Below are positions 25,650 to 35,596 of a stretch of 35,849 bases of DNA, piece after piece. This stretch comes from Candidatus Aminicenantes bacterium (GTDB lineage Bacteria; Acidobacteriota; Aminicenantia; Aminicenantales; Aminicenantaceae). The stretch is from contig DAOUYU010000001.1 in NCBI GenBank assembly GCA_030673995.1, positions 1-35,849 of the forward strand, read 5' to 3'. The notes beneath the pieces were generated by a model that saw nothing but the letters and a program-made list of their open reading frames with translations, was not told where the DNA came from and ran no database searches. The first letter of the stretch is position 1, and every line of letters begins with the position of its first letter. A program made the position numbers and the translations under genes.

Positions 25650-26627
25650 TTATTCTGAAAGAACCTTCTTTACCTCCTCTTTAAGGTAAGGAATGACCTG
25701 AAAAAGATCCCCAACAATCCCGAAATCGGCAACTTTAAAAATAGAAGCCTCCCGATCCTTGTTCACGGCTACGATGTACTTTGAGGAAGACATCCCGGCT
25801 AAATGCTGAATCGCCCCAGAAATTCCGATAGCCATATAGAGATCTGGAGAGACGGTTTTCCCTGTTTGGCCGACTTGATGCTGATGGCCTATCCAGCCTG
25901 CGTCTACTGCAGAGCGGGAAGATCCAACGGCTGACTGAGGAAGCAGAGAAGTGAGTTCTCTTAGTAAGTCAAAATTTTCCGGGCCCTTCATTCCCCTTCC
26001 TCCTGAAACCACTATCTCAGCCTCGGTCACATCAATTTCTGCTCCTTCCTCTTTGAGAATCTCAACCACTTGAGCCTTGACCTGGTCTTCGGGAATAACC
26101 ACCTCTTTTTTAACCATTTCTCCCTCTTTCGCTCCTGGTTCCATAAGGGGAAAAACATTAGGCCTGAGCGTAACTATCTGTGGTGAAGACCTCAGAGTAA
26201 GGGTTATAAAAATTTTCCCGGCAAAAATTGGTCGGGAAACTTCCAACTTCCCATCTCGGCACGCCGTTTTTGTACAATCTGAAGCCACACTTACTCCAAG
26301 TTTGGCAGCCAGTCGTGGGGCAAAATCTTTGCCCAGGGAACTCGCTGAAAAAAGGATGGCCACAGGCTTTATCTCCTCCGCCAAGGAATGAAGTGCATGA
26401 GCATATCCTGCGGCAGAATAGTTGCGGAGGAGAGAATTTTCCAAAACATATACCTTTGAAGCGCCAAAGGGGAAAACTTCCGAAGCCAGGTTCTCTACGT
26501 TATGACCAATAAGAACAGCCGCAACTTCCGTTTTCAGGTCTTCTGCTCTCCTCTTCGCCTCGGAGAGTGCCTCCAGGGAGAATTTCTTGATTTTGCCTTC
26601 TCTTACTTCTATAAAAACTAAAATCAT
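25650..26627 (-). CDS. etfA: Electron transfer flavoprotein alpha subunit
   Basis: 325 aa with the C-terminal FAD-binding region ...DLYMAIGISGAIQHLAGM...IVAVNKD... typical of EtfA. There is no N-terminal ferredoxin domain. Confidence 0.9.
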   Translation of the reverse strand: MILVFIEVREGKIKKFSLEALSEAKRRAEDLKTEVAAVLIGHNVENLASEVFPFGASKVYVLENSLLRNYSAAGYAHALHSLAEEIKPVAILFSASSLGKDFAPRLAAKLGVSVASDCTKTACRDGKLEVSRPIFAGKIFITLTLRSSPQIVTLRPNVFPLMEPGAKEGEMVKKEVVIPEDQVKAQVVEILKEEGAEIDVTEAEIVVSGGRGMKGPENFDLLRELTSLLPQSAVGSSRSAVDAGWIGHQHQVGQTGKTVSPDLYMAIGISGAIQHLAGMSSSKYIVAVNKDREASIFKVADFGIVGDLFQVIPYLKEEVKKVLSE

Positions 26628-26640
26628 TCCATTCCTCCTC

Positions 26641-27423
26641 TTAGATAACCTTGGCTTCCTTGTGTAAGAATTCCACCATTTTCTTTGCAGCTTCAGCAGG
26701 CTCCTCTTCTATGATTTTCCCTGTCTGCTTTTGAGGCGGACTTTCCATCTTGGTAATCTCCAAACCAGAAGCAACCTCCTCAGCCTTCAATTCCAGCTCT
26801 TCAAAAGAAATAACAGGGATCTCCTTCTTTTTGGCCATCATAATCCCCTTCAAAGTCTCATATCGAGGCTCATTCAATCCTTTTTGTGCACTTATAACTG
26901 CGGGCAAAGAAAATTCAACTTTCTCCAACGCTCCCTCAATTTCTCGATGAGCAACTCCCTGATTTCCTTCCATTTCCAGCTTTGTCACGACATTAACCTG
27001 AGGCAATCCCAAAAGCTCAGCCACCATAGAAGGAACCTGTGAATTGTCCGCACCGACGGATTGTTTTCCAAACAAGAGGAGCGTATGGTCGGGGAACTTT
27101 TTCTCAACTGCCCTCGCAATAATCTTGGCCGTTCTCAATCCATCATATGATTCAGGGGCCTCATCCTTCACAAGGACAGCTTTATCGGCTCCCATTGCCA
27201 GACATTTTTTTAGAATAATCATTGCCTCTTCGGTTCCTATTGAAACAACCGTAACAGTACCGCCCTTGGCCTCTCGCAGGCGAATGGCCTCCTCCACTGC
27301 ATGCTCATCATAGGGGTTCAAAACAAAATTTAAGCCTTCTTCAATGATCTTCCCAGTCTCATTGCTAATCCTTATCTTAGATTCTGTATCAGGAACTCTT
27401 TTGACAAAAACTAATATTTTCAT
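26641..27423 (-). CDS. etfB: Electron transfer flavoprotein beta subunit
   Basis: 260 aa starting MKILVFVKRVPDTESKIRI, followed by NPYDEHAVEEA, which is typical of EtfB. Confidence 0.9.
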   Translation of the reverse strand: MKILVFVKRVPDTESKIRISNETGKIIEEGLNFVLNPYDEHAVEEAIRLREAKGGTVTVVSIGTEEAMIILKKCLAMGADKAVLVKDEAPESYDGLRTAKIIARAVEKKFPDHTLLLFGKQSVGADNSQVPSMVAELLGLPQVNVVTKLEMEGNQGVAHREIEGALEKVEFSLPAVISAQKGLNEPRYETLKGIMMAKKKEIPVISFEELELKAEEVASGLEITKMESPPQKQTGKIIEEEPAEAAKKMVEFLHKEAKVI

Positions 27424-27466
27424 CCATTCTCCTTATAAATTAGGGTAAGGCGCTTTTTTTATTGTT

Positions 27467-28741
27467 TTATTCTTCGAACTTTTTCAGAACAAGAGCCCCG
27501 TTTGTTCCCCCGAATCCAAAAGAATTACTCAGGGCATAATTTATTTCAGCCGGCCTGGATTTATTGGGAACATAGTCCAGATCACATTCTGGATCAGGAT
27601 GTTCATAGTTGATTGTCGGCGGAATGACCTGATTTTTCAGACATAGAGCCGTATAGCCAGTCTCGACTCCGCCTGCCGCGCCTAAAAGGTGGCCGGTCAT
27701 CGACTTGGTCGAACTTATGCTGAGCTTATAAGCGTGATCTCCGAAAAGTCTTTTGACTGCAAGCGTTTCGATTTTATCATTATAAGGAGTAGAGGTGCCG
27801 TGGGCATTGATATAATTTACATCTCCTAAATCGATACAGGCATCCTCAATAGCCCTTTCCATCGACCGTTTGGCTCCTTCTCCATCCAAAGAAGGAGCTG
27901 CAACATGATAGGCATCTCCGCTCATGCCGTAGCCAACAATCTCTGCATAAATCCGAGCATCCCGCTTGAGTGCTAATCCCAATTCCTCAAGAACAAGTAT
28001 CCCAGCTCCTTCTCCGACGACAAATCCATCGCGCTCCGCATCAAAAGGACGCGAGGCTCTCTCAGGCTCATCATTTCTTACGGAAAGAGCCCGCATAGCA
28101 CAAAAGCCCGCTACTCCGAGGGGTGTAATGGGTGCTTCCGCGCCACCGGCAAGCATGATATCAGCATCTCGCCTTGCGATGATACGGTACGAATCTCCAA
28201 CAGCATGGGTACCGGTTGAACAAGCTGTTGCCGTAGCTGAGTTTGGACCTCTGGCTTTGAATTTTATGGAAATCTGGCCCGAAGCTTCGTTAATGATGGT
28301 TTGGATTAAGAAAAAAGGAGAGACGCGGCCCGGACCTTTCTCCAATAATGTTTTATGTGTCTCCTCGATGGAACCAATTCCTCCTATTCCAGATCCGACA
28401 TAAACTCCACACCGGTCTCCCTCCAAACGGGCGATGTCGATACCGGAATCCTGAACGGCTAGTTGGGCAGCTGCCACAGCATACTGAATAAAAAAATCCA
28501 TCTTCCGCATCTCTTTTTTCTCAAAGAAATCCAGGGCGTCGAAATCCCAGACCTGGCCTGCAATTTTACTCGTGTATTGAGAAGCATCAAAGTGGGAAAT
28601 AAGGCCGATCCCGTTTTTTCCCTGGGAGATAGCTTGCCAATTTTTCTCCGTCCCAATTCCTAAAGGAGAGATCAGGCCGATGCCCGTGATGACAACCCGC
28701 CTCTCGGTAGACTTTCTTTTGGAAGAAAGGGACATTCCCAT
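27467..28741 (-). CDS. fabF: 3-oxoacyl-ACP synthase II
   Basis: 424 aa with RVVITGIGLISPLG, the active-site ATACSTG, then HGTSTP and GHLLGAAG, ending SNSFGFGGTNGALV. Confidence 0.93.
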   Translation of the reverse strand: MGMSLSSKRKSTERRVVITGIGLISPLGIGTEKNWQAISQGKNGIGLISHFDASQYTSKIAGQVWDFDALDFFEKKEMRKMDFFIQYAVAAAQLAVQDSGIDIARLEGDRCGVYVGSGIGGIGSIEETHKTLLEKGPGRVSPFFLIQTIINEASGQISIKFKARGPNSATATACSTGTHAVGDSYRIIARRDADIMLAGGAEAPITPLGVAGFCAMRALSVRNDEPERASRPFDAERDGFVVGEGAGILVLEELGLALKRDARIYAEIVGYGMSGDAYHVAAPSLDGEGAKRSMERAIEDACIDLGDVNYINAHGTSTPYNDKIETLAVKRLFGDHAYKLSISSTKSMTGHLLGAAGGVETGYTALCLKNQVIPPTINYEHPDPECDLDYVPNKSRPAEINYALSNSFGFGGTNGALVLKKFEE

Positions 28742-28758
28742 CTGGAGCTTTTTATTTC

Positions 28759-29004
28759 TTATTTAGGGAGATTAGCTAAAATATAGTCCATGGCCTTGCC
28801 AATCGTGGTTAGCTTCTCAGCTTCTTCATCAGGGATATCCATATTAAACTCATCTTCAAGAGCCATGACCAATTCTACGGTATCCAATGAATCTGCGCCT
28901 AGATCGTCAATAAAAGATGCTTCTGGAGTTACCTGCTCTTCGCTAATGCTGAGCTTATCCGCAGCAATGGCTTTTATTTTCTTTAATAATTCCTCTCTTT
29001 CCAT
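28759..29004 (-). CDS. acpP: Acyl carrier protein
   Basis: 81 aa with the [20 protein letters not shown] phosphopantetheine attachment motif. Confidence 0.95.
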   Translation of the reverse strand: MEREELLKKIKAIAADKLSISEEQVTPEASFIDDLGADSLDTVELVMALEDEFNMDIPDEEAEKLTTIGKAMDYILANLPK

Positions 29005-29057
29005 CCTTTTCCTCCTCTTTTTAGTTTGGTATTTTCACTGAAATTACACTCATATTG

Positions 29058-29798
29058 CTACATAAACAGTCCGCCATTTACGCTTATGACCTGGCCTGTG
29101 ATATAAGAAGCTTCGTCAGATAGAAGGAATTTTGCGACGCGAGCTATCTCTTCGACAGTTCCAAACCTCTTAGCAGGAATCAAATCAATAAATGCCTTTT
29201 TCACAGACTCGGAGAGAGCTTTTGTCATTGGCGTATCAATGTAACCTGGCGCTATGGCATTCACAGTAATGCCCCTGGAAGCCACTTCCCTGGCCAGTGA
29301 CTTCGTGAAGCCGATAACTCCTGCCTTTGAAGCGGAATAGTTGCACTGACCTGGATTTCCTATCTGCCCTACGACAGAAGAGATATTAACGATTCGACCG
29401 TGTCGATTGTTAATCATATTCCTAATCAATGCTTTGGAAAAATTAAACACTCCTTTTAAGTTCACGGCTAATACTGCATCCCATTCTTCCTCGTTCATCC
29501 GCATAAGCAGACGATCTCTTGTTATCCCTGCATTATTGATGAGGTGATCAACTTTCTGGTGATTCTGTATGATCTTCTCTACAATTTCTTTAACCTGTTC
29601 CATGCGAGAAACATCTGCACAAAATGTAGAAGCTTTCCCTTTGTTATCCCTTATTCTGCGGGCTACATCTTCTAATTTTTCCTCTTGAATATCGACAAGG
29701 ATAACCTCGGCTCCAACCCTTGAAAGTTCAATCGCAATGGCTTCCCCGATTCCCTGAGAAGCCCCGGTAACAACTGAAATTTTCCCGTTAAAATTCAT
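29058..29798 (-). CDS. fabG: 3-oxoacyl-ACP reductase (SDR family)
   Basis: It has VVTGASQGIG, NNAG and YSASKAG motifs. I prefer the ATG at 29798 (MNFNGK...), 1 nt after the plsX stop, over the TTG at 29810. Confidence 0.88.
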   Translation of the reverse strand: MNFNGKISVVTGASQGIGEAIAIELSRVGAEVILVDIQEEKLEDVARRIRDNKGKASTFCADVSRMEQVKEIVEKIIQNHQKVDHLINNAGITRDRLLMRMNEEEWDAVLAVNLKGVFNFSKALIRNMINNRHGRIVNISSVVGQIGNPGQCNYSASKAGVIGFTKSLAREVASRGITVNAIAPGYIDTPMTKALSESVKKAFIDLIPAKRFGTVEEIARVAKFLLSDEASYITGQVISVNGGLFM

Positions 29799-29799
29799 C

Positions 29800-30813
29800 C
29801 TACGCTTCAACTTTGCCTAAAATATGAGGCAGATTGGCTATTTCATTCTGAATTTTTTCCTGCACTTTGTTCACCACAAAATCCTTGGCCAATCCTATAG
29901 CATTCTTCACAGCAGTGGGATTCGATCGTCCATGACCTATTATACAGACTCCGTTTATCCCTAAAAGCTGGGCACCTCCATACTCTGTGTAATCCACCTT
30001 TTTATAAAGTTTCCTTAAGTTCCTTTTCATCAAAAATAAGCCGATTTTAGCGAAAATATTCTTCATAATTTCATTGCGGGCCATATAAAAAATTGTCTCA
30101 ACCACTCCTTCACTGACTTTCAAGGCGACATTCCCGGTAAAGCCGTCACTCACTATGATATCGGCTTTCCCCGAATATGTATCTTTACCTTCTACATTGC
30201 CAATAAAATTCAAAGTGGAGGCTTGAAGCTTTTCAAAAGCCTCCCTGGTCAATTCATTCCCCTTCGAATCTTCCTCCCCTATACTCATCAGGCCTATTCT
30301 AGGGTTTTTTATGCCCATTACATTCTCCATAAAAATATGACCCATTACACTAAACTGTACTAAATGACTGGGGCGGCAGTTGACGTTTGCTCCCACGTCT
30401 ATGAGTAAAGTAAGGCCTTTTATTGTCGGAACAAGGAGAGACAGAGCGGGTTTCTCAACTCCTTTTAAAGCGCCTAATATTTTTTTGGATATATAGACTA
30501 TGGCGCCTGTATTTCCGTTGCTGACAAATGCCTCTGCATCTCCTTCCTTAACCAATTGAGTCCCGATGCGGATAGAAGATCTTTGTTTTTTTCTGAAAGA
30601 GAAAATCCCCTCGCCCATCCCAATGGCTTCGGAAGCATTGATGAAAGTAATTTTTGCGTTTGATTTGTTGATTCTCTCGAATTCCTTCTTTACAATTTTT
30701 TCATCCCCCACAAGAAGGATTTCAATCTTATGTTCTTGAGATGCTTTCACTGCACCTTCTACTATAGCTCGTGGAGCAAAATCTCCTCCCATAGCGTCAA
30801 CGGCAATCTTCAT
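29800..30813 (-). CDS. plsX: Phosphate acyltransferase PlsX
   Basis: 337 aa starting MKIAVDAMGGDFAP, with a later GFTGNV motif. It sits in the conserved position after rpmF. Confidence 0.93.
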   Translation of the reverse strand: MKIAVDAMGGDFAPRAIVEGAVKASQEHKIEILLVGDEKIVKKEFERINKSNAKITFINASEAIGMGEGIFSFRKKQRSSIRIGTQLVKEGDAEAFVSNGNTGAIVYISKKILGALKGVEKPALSLLVPTIKGLTLLIDVGANVNCRPSHLVQFSVMGHIFMENVMGIKNPRIGLMSIGEEDSKGNELTREAFEKLQASTLNFIGNVEGKDTYSGKADIIVSDGFTGNVALKVSEGVVETIFYMARNEIMKNIFAKIGLFLMKRNLRKLYKKVDYTEYGGAQLLGINGVCIIGHGRSNPTAVKNAIGLAKDFVVNKVQEKIQNEIANLPHILGKVEA

Positions 30814-30826
30814 TCATCCCTCTCCA

Positions 30827-31009
30827 TCACTCTTCGGTCCCTTCAATAACCTGCCTCTCCCGGTAAAAGCCGCACTCGGGACATACACGATGAGGTAACT
30901 TGGGATTTCCACAGTTTGAACACAGGGCTAAAGAGGGGACAGAAAGAGCGTCATGCGCTCTTCTTTTCTTTTTTCGTGAGTGGGAATGTCTTCTTTTCGG
31001 AATAGCCAT
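30827..31009 (-). CDS. rpmF: 50S ribosomal protein L32
   Basis: 60 aa starting MAIPKRRHSHSRKKKRRAH, with a CxxC...CxxC zinc ribbon. Confidence 0.93.
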   Translation of the reverse strand: MAIPKRRHSHSRKKKRRAHDALSVPSLALCSNCGNPKLPHRVCPECGFYRERQVIEGTEE

Positions 31010-31519
31010 TTATCTCTTAAATGTCTTTAATTTTTCGAGGCGAGGGTCAGAGATCTCTCTCACACAGGCACACCCGTCATCTCGTATGATTTTCCCGCAA
31101 ACTGGACAGATCCCCTGGCAATCTCCAGAGCATAACGGTTTGACAGGAAAAGCCAGATTTAATTGCTCCAAGATAATCTCTGTGACATCAATCTTATAGC
31201 TGGAGTAAAACAACCTGTGAATTTCATCGCTATCCAGCTGTTCCTTTGCATCCTCCAGCTCTTCAGGAAAATAAACAAGATCAAATTTAGAATCTATCGG
31301 AAATTCATAGGGAACAAGGCAGCGGCTGCATATGAGACTAAGGCACGTGACGATCTTCCCTTTCATCAATATCTCTTCTCCTGACTTTTTGATAGTGAGC
31401 TCAGCGTGGACGGGTTGAATAAAAACCGCATTTTCATCAACGAGGTCTACGCTGAAAAACTCAAAATCCTTTGAGATTTCCAGCCCTTCCTTTGGCAATC
31501 TATCAATATCTATAATCAT
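31010..31519 (-). CDS. yceD: YceD/DUF177 family protein (large-subunit rRNA accumulation protein)
   Basis: It sits in the conserved position upstream of rpmF and has a C-terminal CxxxCxGxCxxCG cysteine motif (CSGDCQGICPVCG). The ORF track starts at the TTG at 31531. I prefer the ATG at 31519 (MIIDID...). Confidence 0.8.
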   Translation of the reverse strand: MIIDIDRLPKEGLEISKDFEFFSVDLVDENAVFIQPVHAELTIKKSGEEILMKGKIVTCLSLICSRCLVPYEFPIDSKFDLVYFPEELEDAKEQLDSDEIHRLFYSSYKIDVTEIILEQLNLAFPVKPLCSGDCQGICPVCGKIIRDDGCACVREISDPRLEKLKTFKR

Positions 31520-31543
31520 CTTCTCTTCCAAATTAGTTTTTCT

Positions 31544-31571
31544 ATTATACCATCTTCCTTTTCTTTGTCAA
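31544..31571 (-). promoter_or_regulatory. Consensus sigma70-type promoter for yceD-rpmF-plsX...
   Basis: On the minus strand it reads TTGACA (31571-31566), a 16-nt spacer, then TATAAT (31549-31544). Both hexamers are perfect. Confidence 0.55.
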
Positions 31572-31586
31572 TAAAACCAATGGGGC

Positions 31587-31614
31587 TTGATATCTAGACA
31601 TCCAAGAGTATAAT
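31587..31614 (+). promoter_or_regulatory. Candidate promoter for polA, back to back with the yceD promoter
   Basis: TTGATA (31587-31592), a 16-nt spacer, then TATAAT (31609-31614). The polA ATG is at 31657. Confidence 0.5.
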
Positions 31615-31656
31615 AATTGAATCAGGATATAGACAGCATACCGATTGCCGATTTAA

Positions 31657-34332
31657 ATGAGAAAAGAAATACTCTATTTAATTGATGGGAATTCTCTCCT
31701 TTATCGCTCCTACTATGCTATTCATAATCTCACTACCTCTAGAGGATTCCCCACCAATGCCATCTACGGATTCATCAGTATGCTCAGAAAGTTAATAGAA
31801 CAAAAGAATCCACACTATCTTGGAATAGCCTTTGATGTCAAGGGGCCCACAATACGCCACAAGGTTTTCAAAGACTATAAAGCCCACCGTAAACCTATGC
31901 CTGAGGATTTAGTTGCTCAGGTCCCGGTCTTAAAGAAAATTATTAAGGCATTAAACATCCCTTACTTCGAGCACGAAAATTATGAAGCGGACGATGTGTT
32001 AGGAAGCCTGGCGCGGGTTGCATCCTCTCGAAACGTACTCACTGTCATTGTCACCACAGATAAAGATCTTTTCCAGCTCGTTGACAACTCAACAATCGTC
32101 TATAATCCTGTAAAAAAACTCCATCTGGACGAAAAAAAAGTAAAGGAATATTTCGGGGTCATGCCTTCCCAAGTCATCGATGTTCTTGCTCTATGGGGAG
32201 ACCCCACAGACAATATTCCTGGTGTTCCCGGGATAGGAGAAAAAACATCCAAGGCTCTCATCAACCAGTTTGGATCATTGGAGAATCTCCTCGAAAATCT
32301 GGATAAAATCGAGAAAAAAAACCAGAAAGAAAAAATCAAGCAGAACTTGGAACTACTGAAGCTTAGCCAGCGACTGGTAACGATTGAGAAAGACCTTGAT
32401 GTGAAACTCAACCTGGAAGAGCTTTCCATCTCAGAACCGAACTACGATGAATTGGCCACGCTCTTTAAAGAATTGGAGTTTTCTTTCCTCCTGTCCGAGT
32501 ATGTGGAAAAGTCAGAAAGCACTAAAAAACAATACAGGATCGTTTTAAAAGAAAGGGAGTTGCAGGAGCTTCTCAATCGGATAAAAAAAGCAAAATATGT
32601 ATCTCTTGACACAGAAACAGACAGCCTTTTCCCTACCCAAGCCCGCCTGATTGGCCTTTCTTTCTCCACAAAAGCCGATTACGCTTGCTATCTTCCACTC
32701 GGCCATGACTATCCGAATGCTCCTCGGCAAATTCCAAAAGAGAAGGCCCTTCATCTTCTCAAAGAAGTTCTTTCTGACCCAGGGATTAAAAAAATCGGAC
32801 AGAATATTAAATATGACTACATCGTCCTGAAAAAAGAAGGAATTCAACTGCGAGGCCTTGACTTAGACTCTATGATCCTATCCTACCTTCTGGAGCCGAA
32901 CTGGGGAAAACATAATTTGAACAAATTAGCATTAACTTATCTCCAGGTCAAAGCCATTCCTTATAATGAGATTGTCGGAAAAGGGAAAAATGAGGTCACT
33001 ATTAACAAAATCGACATAGAAGGAGTTGCCCCATATGCCTGTCAGGACGCAGATCTGGCTCTCCAGCTCAGCTCCCTTCTCTTGCCTAAGGTTAAAAAGG
33101 AAAAGTTAACCACGATTTATCGTGAATTTGAGCTTCCTCTGATCGAGGTTTTAGCTGATATGGAAATGTGGGGAGTAAAAATCGATACAGAAGCCTTAAA
33201 TAACCTGTCCGTAGAACTGAAAAGCGAGCTCAATCACCTCACAAAAAAAATCTATGAGATCGGCGGTGAAGAATTTAACATAAACTCTCCTCAACAACTC
33301 GCACGCATTCTCTTTGAAAAATTGAGGCTCCCTGCTTCAAGAAAAACAAAAATAACCAAAAGCTATTCTACAAACATTAACATCCTCAAGGAATTAGCCC
33401 GCACCTATCCTATTGCACAGCATACTCTGGAATACAGGCAGCTCACCAAGCTTAAAACATCCTATGCTGATTCTCTCCCTCTTCTCCTCAACGCCGAAAC
33501 GGGGAGAATTCACACCTCTTACAACCAAACGGTAGCTGCCACGGGCAGGCTTTCGAGCAGTGATCCAAATCTACAAAATATTCCCGTAAGAGGAGAATTG
33601 GGGATGAGATTCCGGCAAGCCTTCATCCCTGCTCAGGACCATATTTTTCTCTCGGCTGATTATTCCCAGATAGAGCTCAGGGTCTTAGCCCACCTGTCTG
33701 AAGATCCTACTTTAATAGAAACTTTCCTTCACGACCGGGATATTCACGAAGAAACCGCGGTTCAGGTCTTTGGAAATACCCTTATGCCTTCACTTGAGGA
33801 TCAGCGAAGAAGGGCAAAAATAATCAATTTCAGCATTATTTATGGAACATCGGCCTTCTCCCTGGCAAAAGAGCTCGAAACCTCCACATCTGAGGCTCAG
33901 AAATTCATAGATCTCTACTATGAGAAATACCCCAAAGTGCATGAATTTCTGGAAAGAAGAGTAAAAGACGCCCAGGAAAAAGGCTGCTCCGAGACTCTCT
34001 TTGGTAGGAAACGCCAGGTCCCTGAACTCCAGCACAAAAATAAATCGATCCAGCAGGCAGGCCGCCGCATCGCTCTCAATACTCCAATTCAGGGCACTGC
34101 TGCTGACTTGATGAAAAAAGCCATGATCGATATTTGGCGTGAGATAAAAAAACGAAAATTGAAGTCCAAAATGATACTTCAGGTTCACGATGAACTGGTT
34201 TTTGAAATCCCGGATGAGGAAAGAGATGAACTGGAAGCCCTCGTTAAAAAAAAGATGGAAAATGTCTTCCTGTTAAAGGTCCCCTTGAAAGTTCACCTGG
34301 GTTGGGGAGTGAACTGGGCTGAGACAAAATGA
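31657..34332 (+). CDS. polA: DNA polymerase I
   Basis: 891 aa. There is a 5' nuclease domain (LIDGNSLLYRSYYA), a 3'-5' exonuclease domain (SLDTETDSL) and a polymerase domain (RRRAKIINFSIIYG, QVHDELVFE). Confidence 0.95.
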   Translation: MRKEILYLIDGNSLLYRSYYAIHNLTTSRGFPTNAIYGFISMLRKLIEQKNPHYLGIAFDVKGPTIRHKVFKDYKAHRKPMPEDLVAQVPVLKKIIKALNIPYFEHENYEADDVLGSLARVASSRNVLTVIVTTDKDLFQLVDNSTIVYNPVKKLHLDEKKVKEYFGVMPSQVIDVLALWGDPTDNIPGVPGIGEKTSKALINQFGSLENLLENLDKIEKKNQKEKIKQNLELLKLSQRLVTIEKDLDVKLNLEELSISEPNYDELATLFKELEFSFLLSEYVEKSESTKKQYRIVLKERELQELLNRIKKAKYVSLDTETDSLFPTQARLIGLSFSTKADYACYLPLGHDYPNAPRQIPKEKALHLLKEVLSDPGIKKIGQNIKYDYIVLKKEGIQLRGLDLDSMILSYLLEPNWGKHNLNKLALTYLQVKAIPYNEIVGKGKNEVTINKIDIEGVAPYACQDADLALQLSSLLLPKVKKEKLTTIYREFELPLIEVLADMEMWGVKIDTEALNNLSVELKSELNHLTKKIYEIGGEEFNINSPQQLARILFEKLRLPASRKTKITKSYSTNINILKELARTYPIAQHTLEYRQLTKLKTSYADSLPLLLNAETGRIHTSYNQTVAATGRLSSSDPNLQNIPVRGELGMRFRQAFIPAQDHIFLSADYSQIELRVLAHLSEDPTLIETFLHDRDIHEETAVQVFGNTLMPSLEDQRRRAKIINFSIIYGTSAFSLAKELETSTSEAQKFIDLYYEKYPKVHEFLERRVKDAQEKGCSETLFGRKRQVPELQHKNKSIQQAGRRIALNTPIQGTAADLMKKAMIDIWREIKKRKLKSKMILQVHDELVFEIPDEERDELEALVKKKMENVFLLKVPLKVHLGWGVNWAETK

Positions 34333-34393
34333 AGCATGTTATTCTCTGTGACTCCGAAATTCCGCAAGAAGTGTTTTTTGCTGGGGAAGGGAG

Positions 34394-35524
34394 TTATACA
34401 TCCTTTTTATAAACACGATAGAGCTTATAAAGTTTTCCTCCCATTTTTTCCATCTCCGCTCTCACCTTTACGTTTTCTTCCATCTCATGGTGAGTATCCA
34501 TTATTTTCATTCCGGCCTCAGAGGCTGAAAGTATCATCTTTACGCCCATAAAGACATCCAGTCCCCGGCCTCGATACATCTCTTTTACGGCGCCTAAGAG
34601 CAAGTCCAGTTGCTTTGTTTTCTTTGCGGCCCTCAATATCTTCAAAAATCCGAATGGGAAAAGACGTCCCCTGGCCTTCTGAATGCCTTCTGTCATATCA
34701 GGAATGGCAACTATAAAGCCTATAATCTCACCGTCTTTCGTTGCCACTTTCACAAATCTTGGATCCAGAACAGGCATGTATCGATTCGCCAAATCGTCCA
34801 TTTCTTCCTCATCCAGGGGGGTATATCCATAAATATTGCTATCTGAATAACACTCATTCATCAGGCTAAGGACCGGTTTGATCCAAGGCTTCAGCTCTCT
34901 TTTATTCCTGAATTCTATGACTTTAAAAACTCCTTTTCTCTCCACTCTTTCTAAGATTTTCTGGTAGAACTCAGGGATCTCTTCAGGAACATCCAGCTTG
35001 TAAACAAAGTAATCCACATCTTTCGAATAGCCCTGCTTTTCTACCATGCCAGGGATCCATTCGAAGCTGTAATAGGTTGCGATAGTCGCGCGATTCTCAT
35101 ATCCTTTGATCAAAAAACCCTCGGGGTCTTGATCGGAAAATCCATACGGCCCGACAATCTTCGTCATCCCCTTCTTCCGGGCCCATGCTTCGACATAACC
35201 CAAAAGAGCACGAACGACCTCTTCATCTTCCCATGTTTCTAAATAACCAAATCGAGCTACTTTTTCCTTCCTTAACTCATTATAGCGACGATTGATGATT
35301 CCCATTATCCGTCCTACAACCTCTTCTCCACGGTAAGCAAGTAATATGACTGTGTCGGAATAGGAAAAAGCCTTGTTCTTCTTCGGATTGAAATATTTCC
35401 ATTCATCCAGATAAATGGGATGAACCCAATTGGCATGGTTTGCATGTATCCTCTCCGGAAGATAGATGAACTTTTTCAAATCTCTCCGTGTCTTTACTTC
35501 TCTAATATCAATATCCATTATCAT
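34394..35524 (-). CDS. GNAT-like acyl-CoA N-acyltransferase family protein, function unknown
   Basis: 376-aa ORF. The C-terminal region has an R-G-R-G-L motif (EMYRGRGLD) resembling GNAT motif A. Family membership is from memory and no substrate can be inferred. Confidence 0.5.
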   Translation of the reverse strand: MIMDIDIREVKTRRDLKKFIYLPERIHANHANWVHPIYLDEWKYFNPKKNKAFSYSDTVILLAYRGEEVVGRIMGIINRRYNELRKEKVARFGYLETWEDEEVVRALLGYVEAWARKKGMTKIVGPYGFSDQDPEGFLIKGYENRATIATYYSFEWIPGMVEKQGYSKDVDYFVYKLDVPEEIPEFYQKILERVERKGVFKVIEFRNKRELKPWIKPVLSLMNECYSDSNIYGYTPLDEEEMDDLANRYMPVLDPRFVKVATKDGEIIGFIVAIPDMTEGIQKARGRLFPFGFLKILRAAKKTKQLDLLLGAVKEMYRGRGLDVFMGVKMILSASEAGMKIMDTHHEMEENVKVRAEMEKMGGKLYKLYRVYKKDV

Positions 35525-35596
35525 TTTCCTCTCTTTACCAAGGCTCTATTTTTTAGATTTATATACTTATTAGTACACTGACCAAAAAAAATCAAT

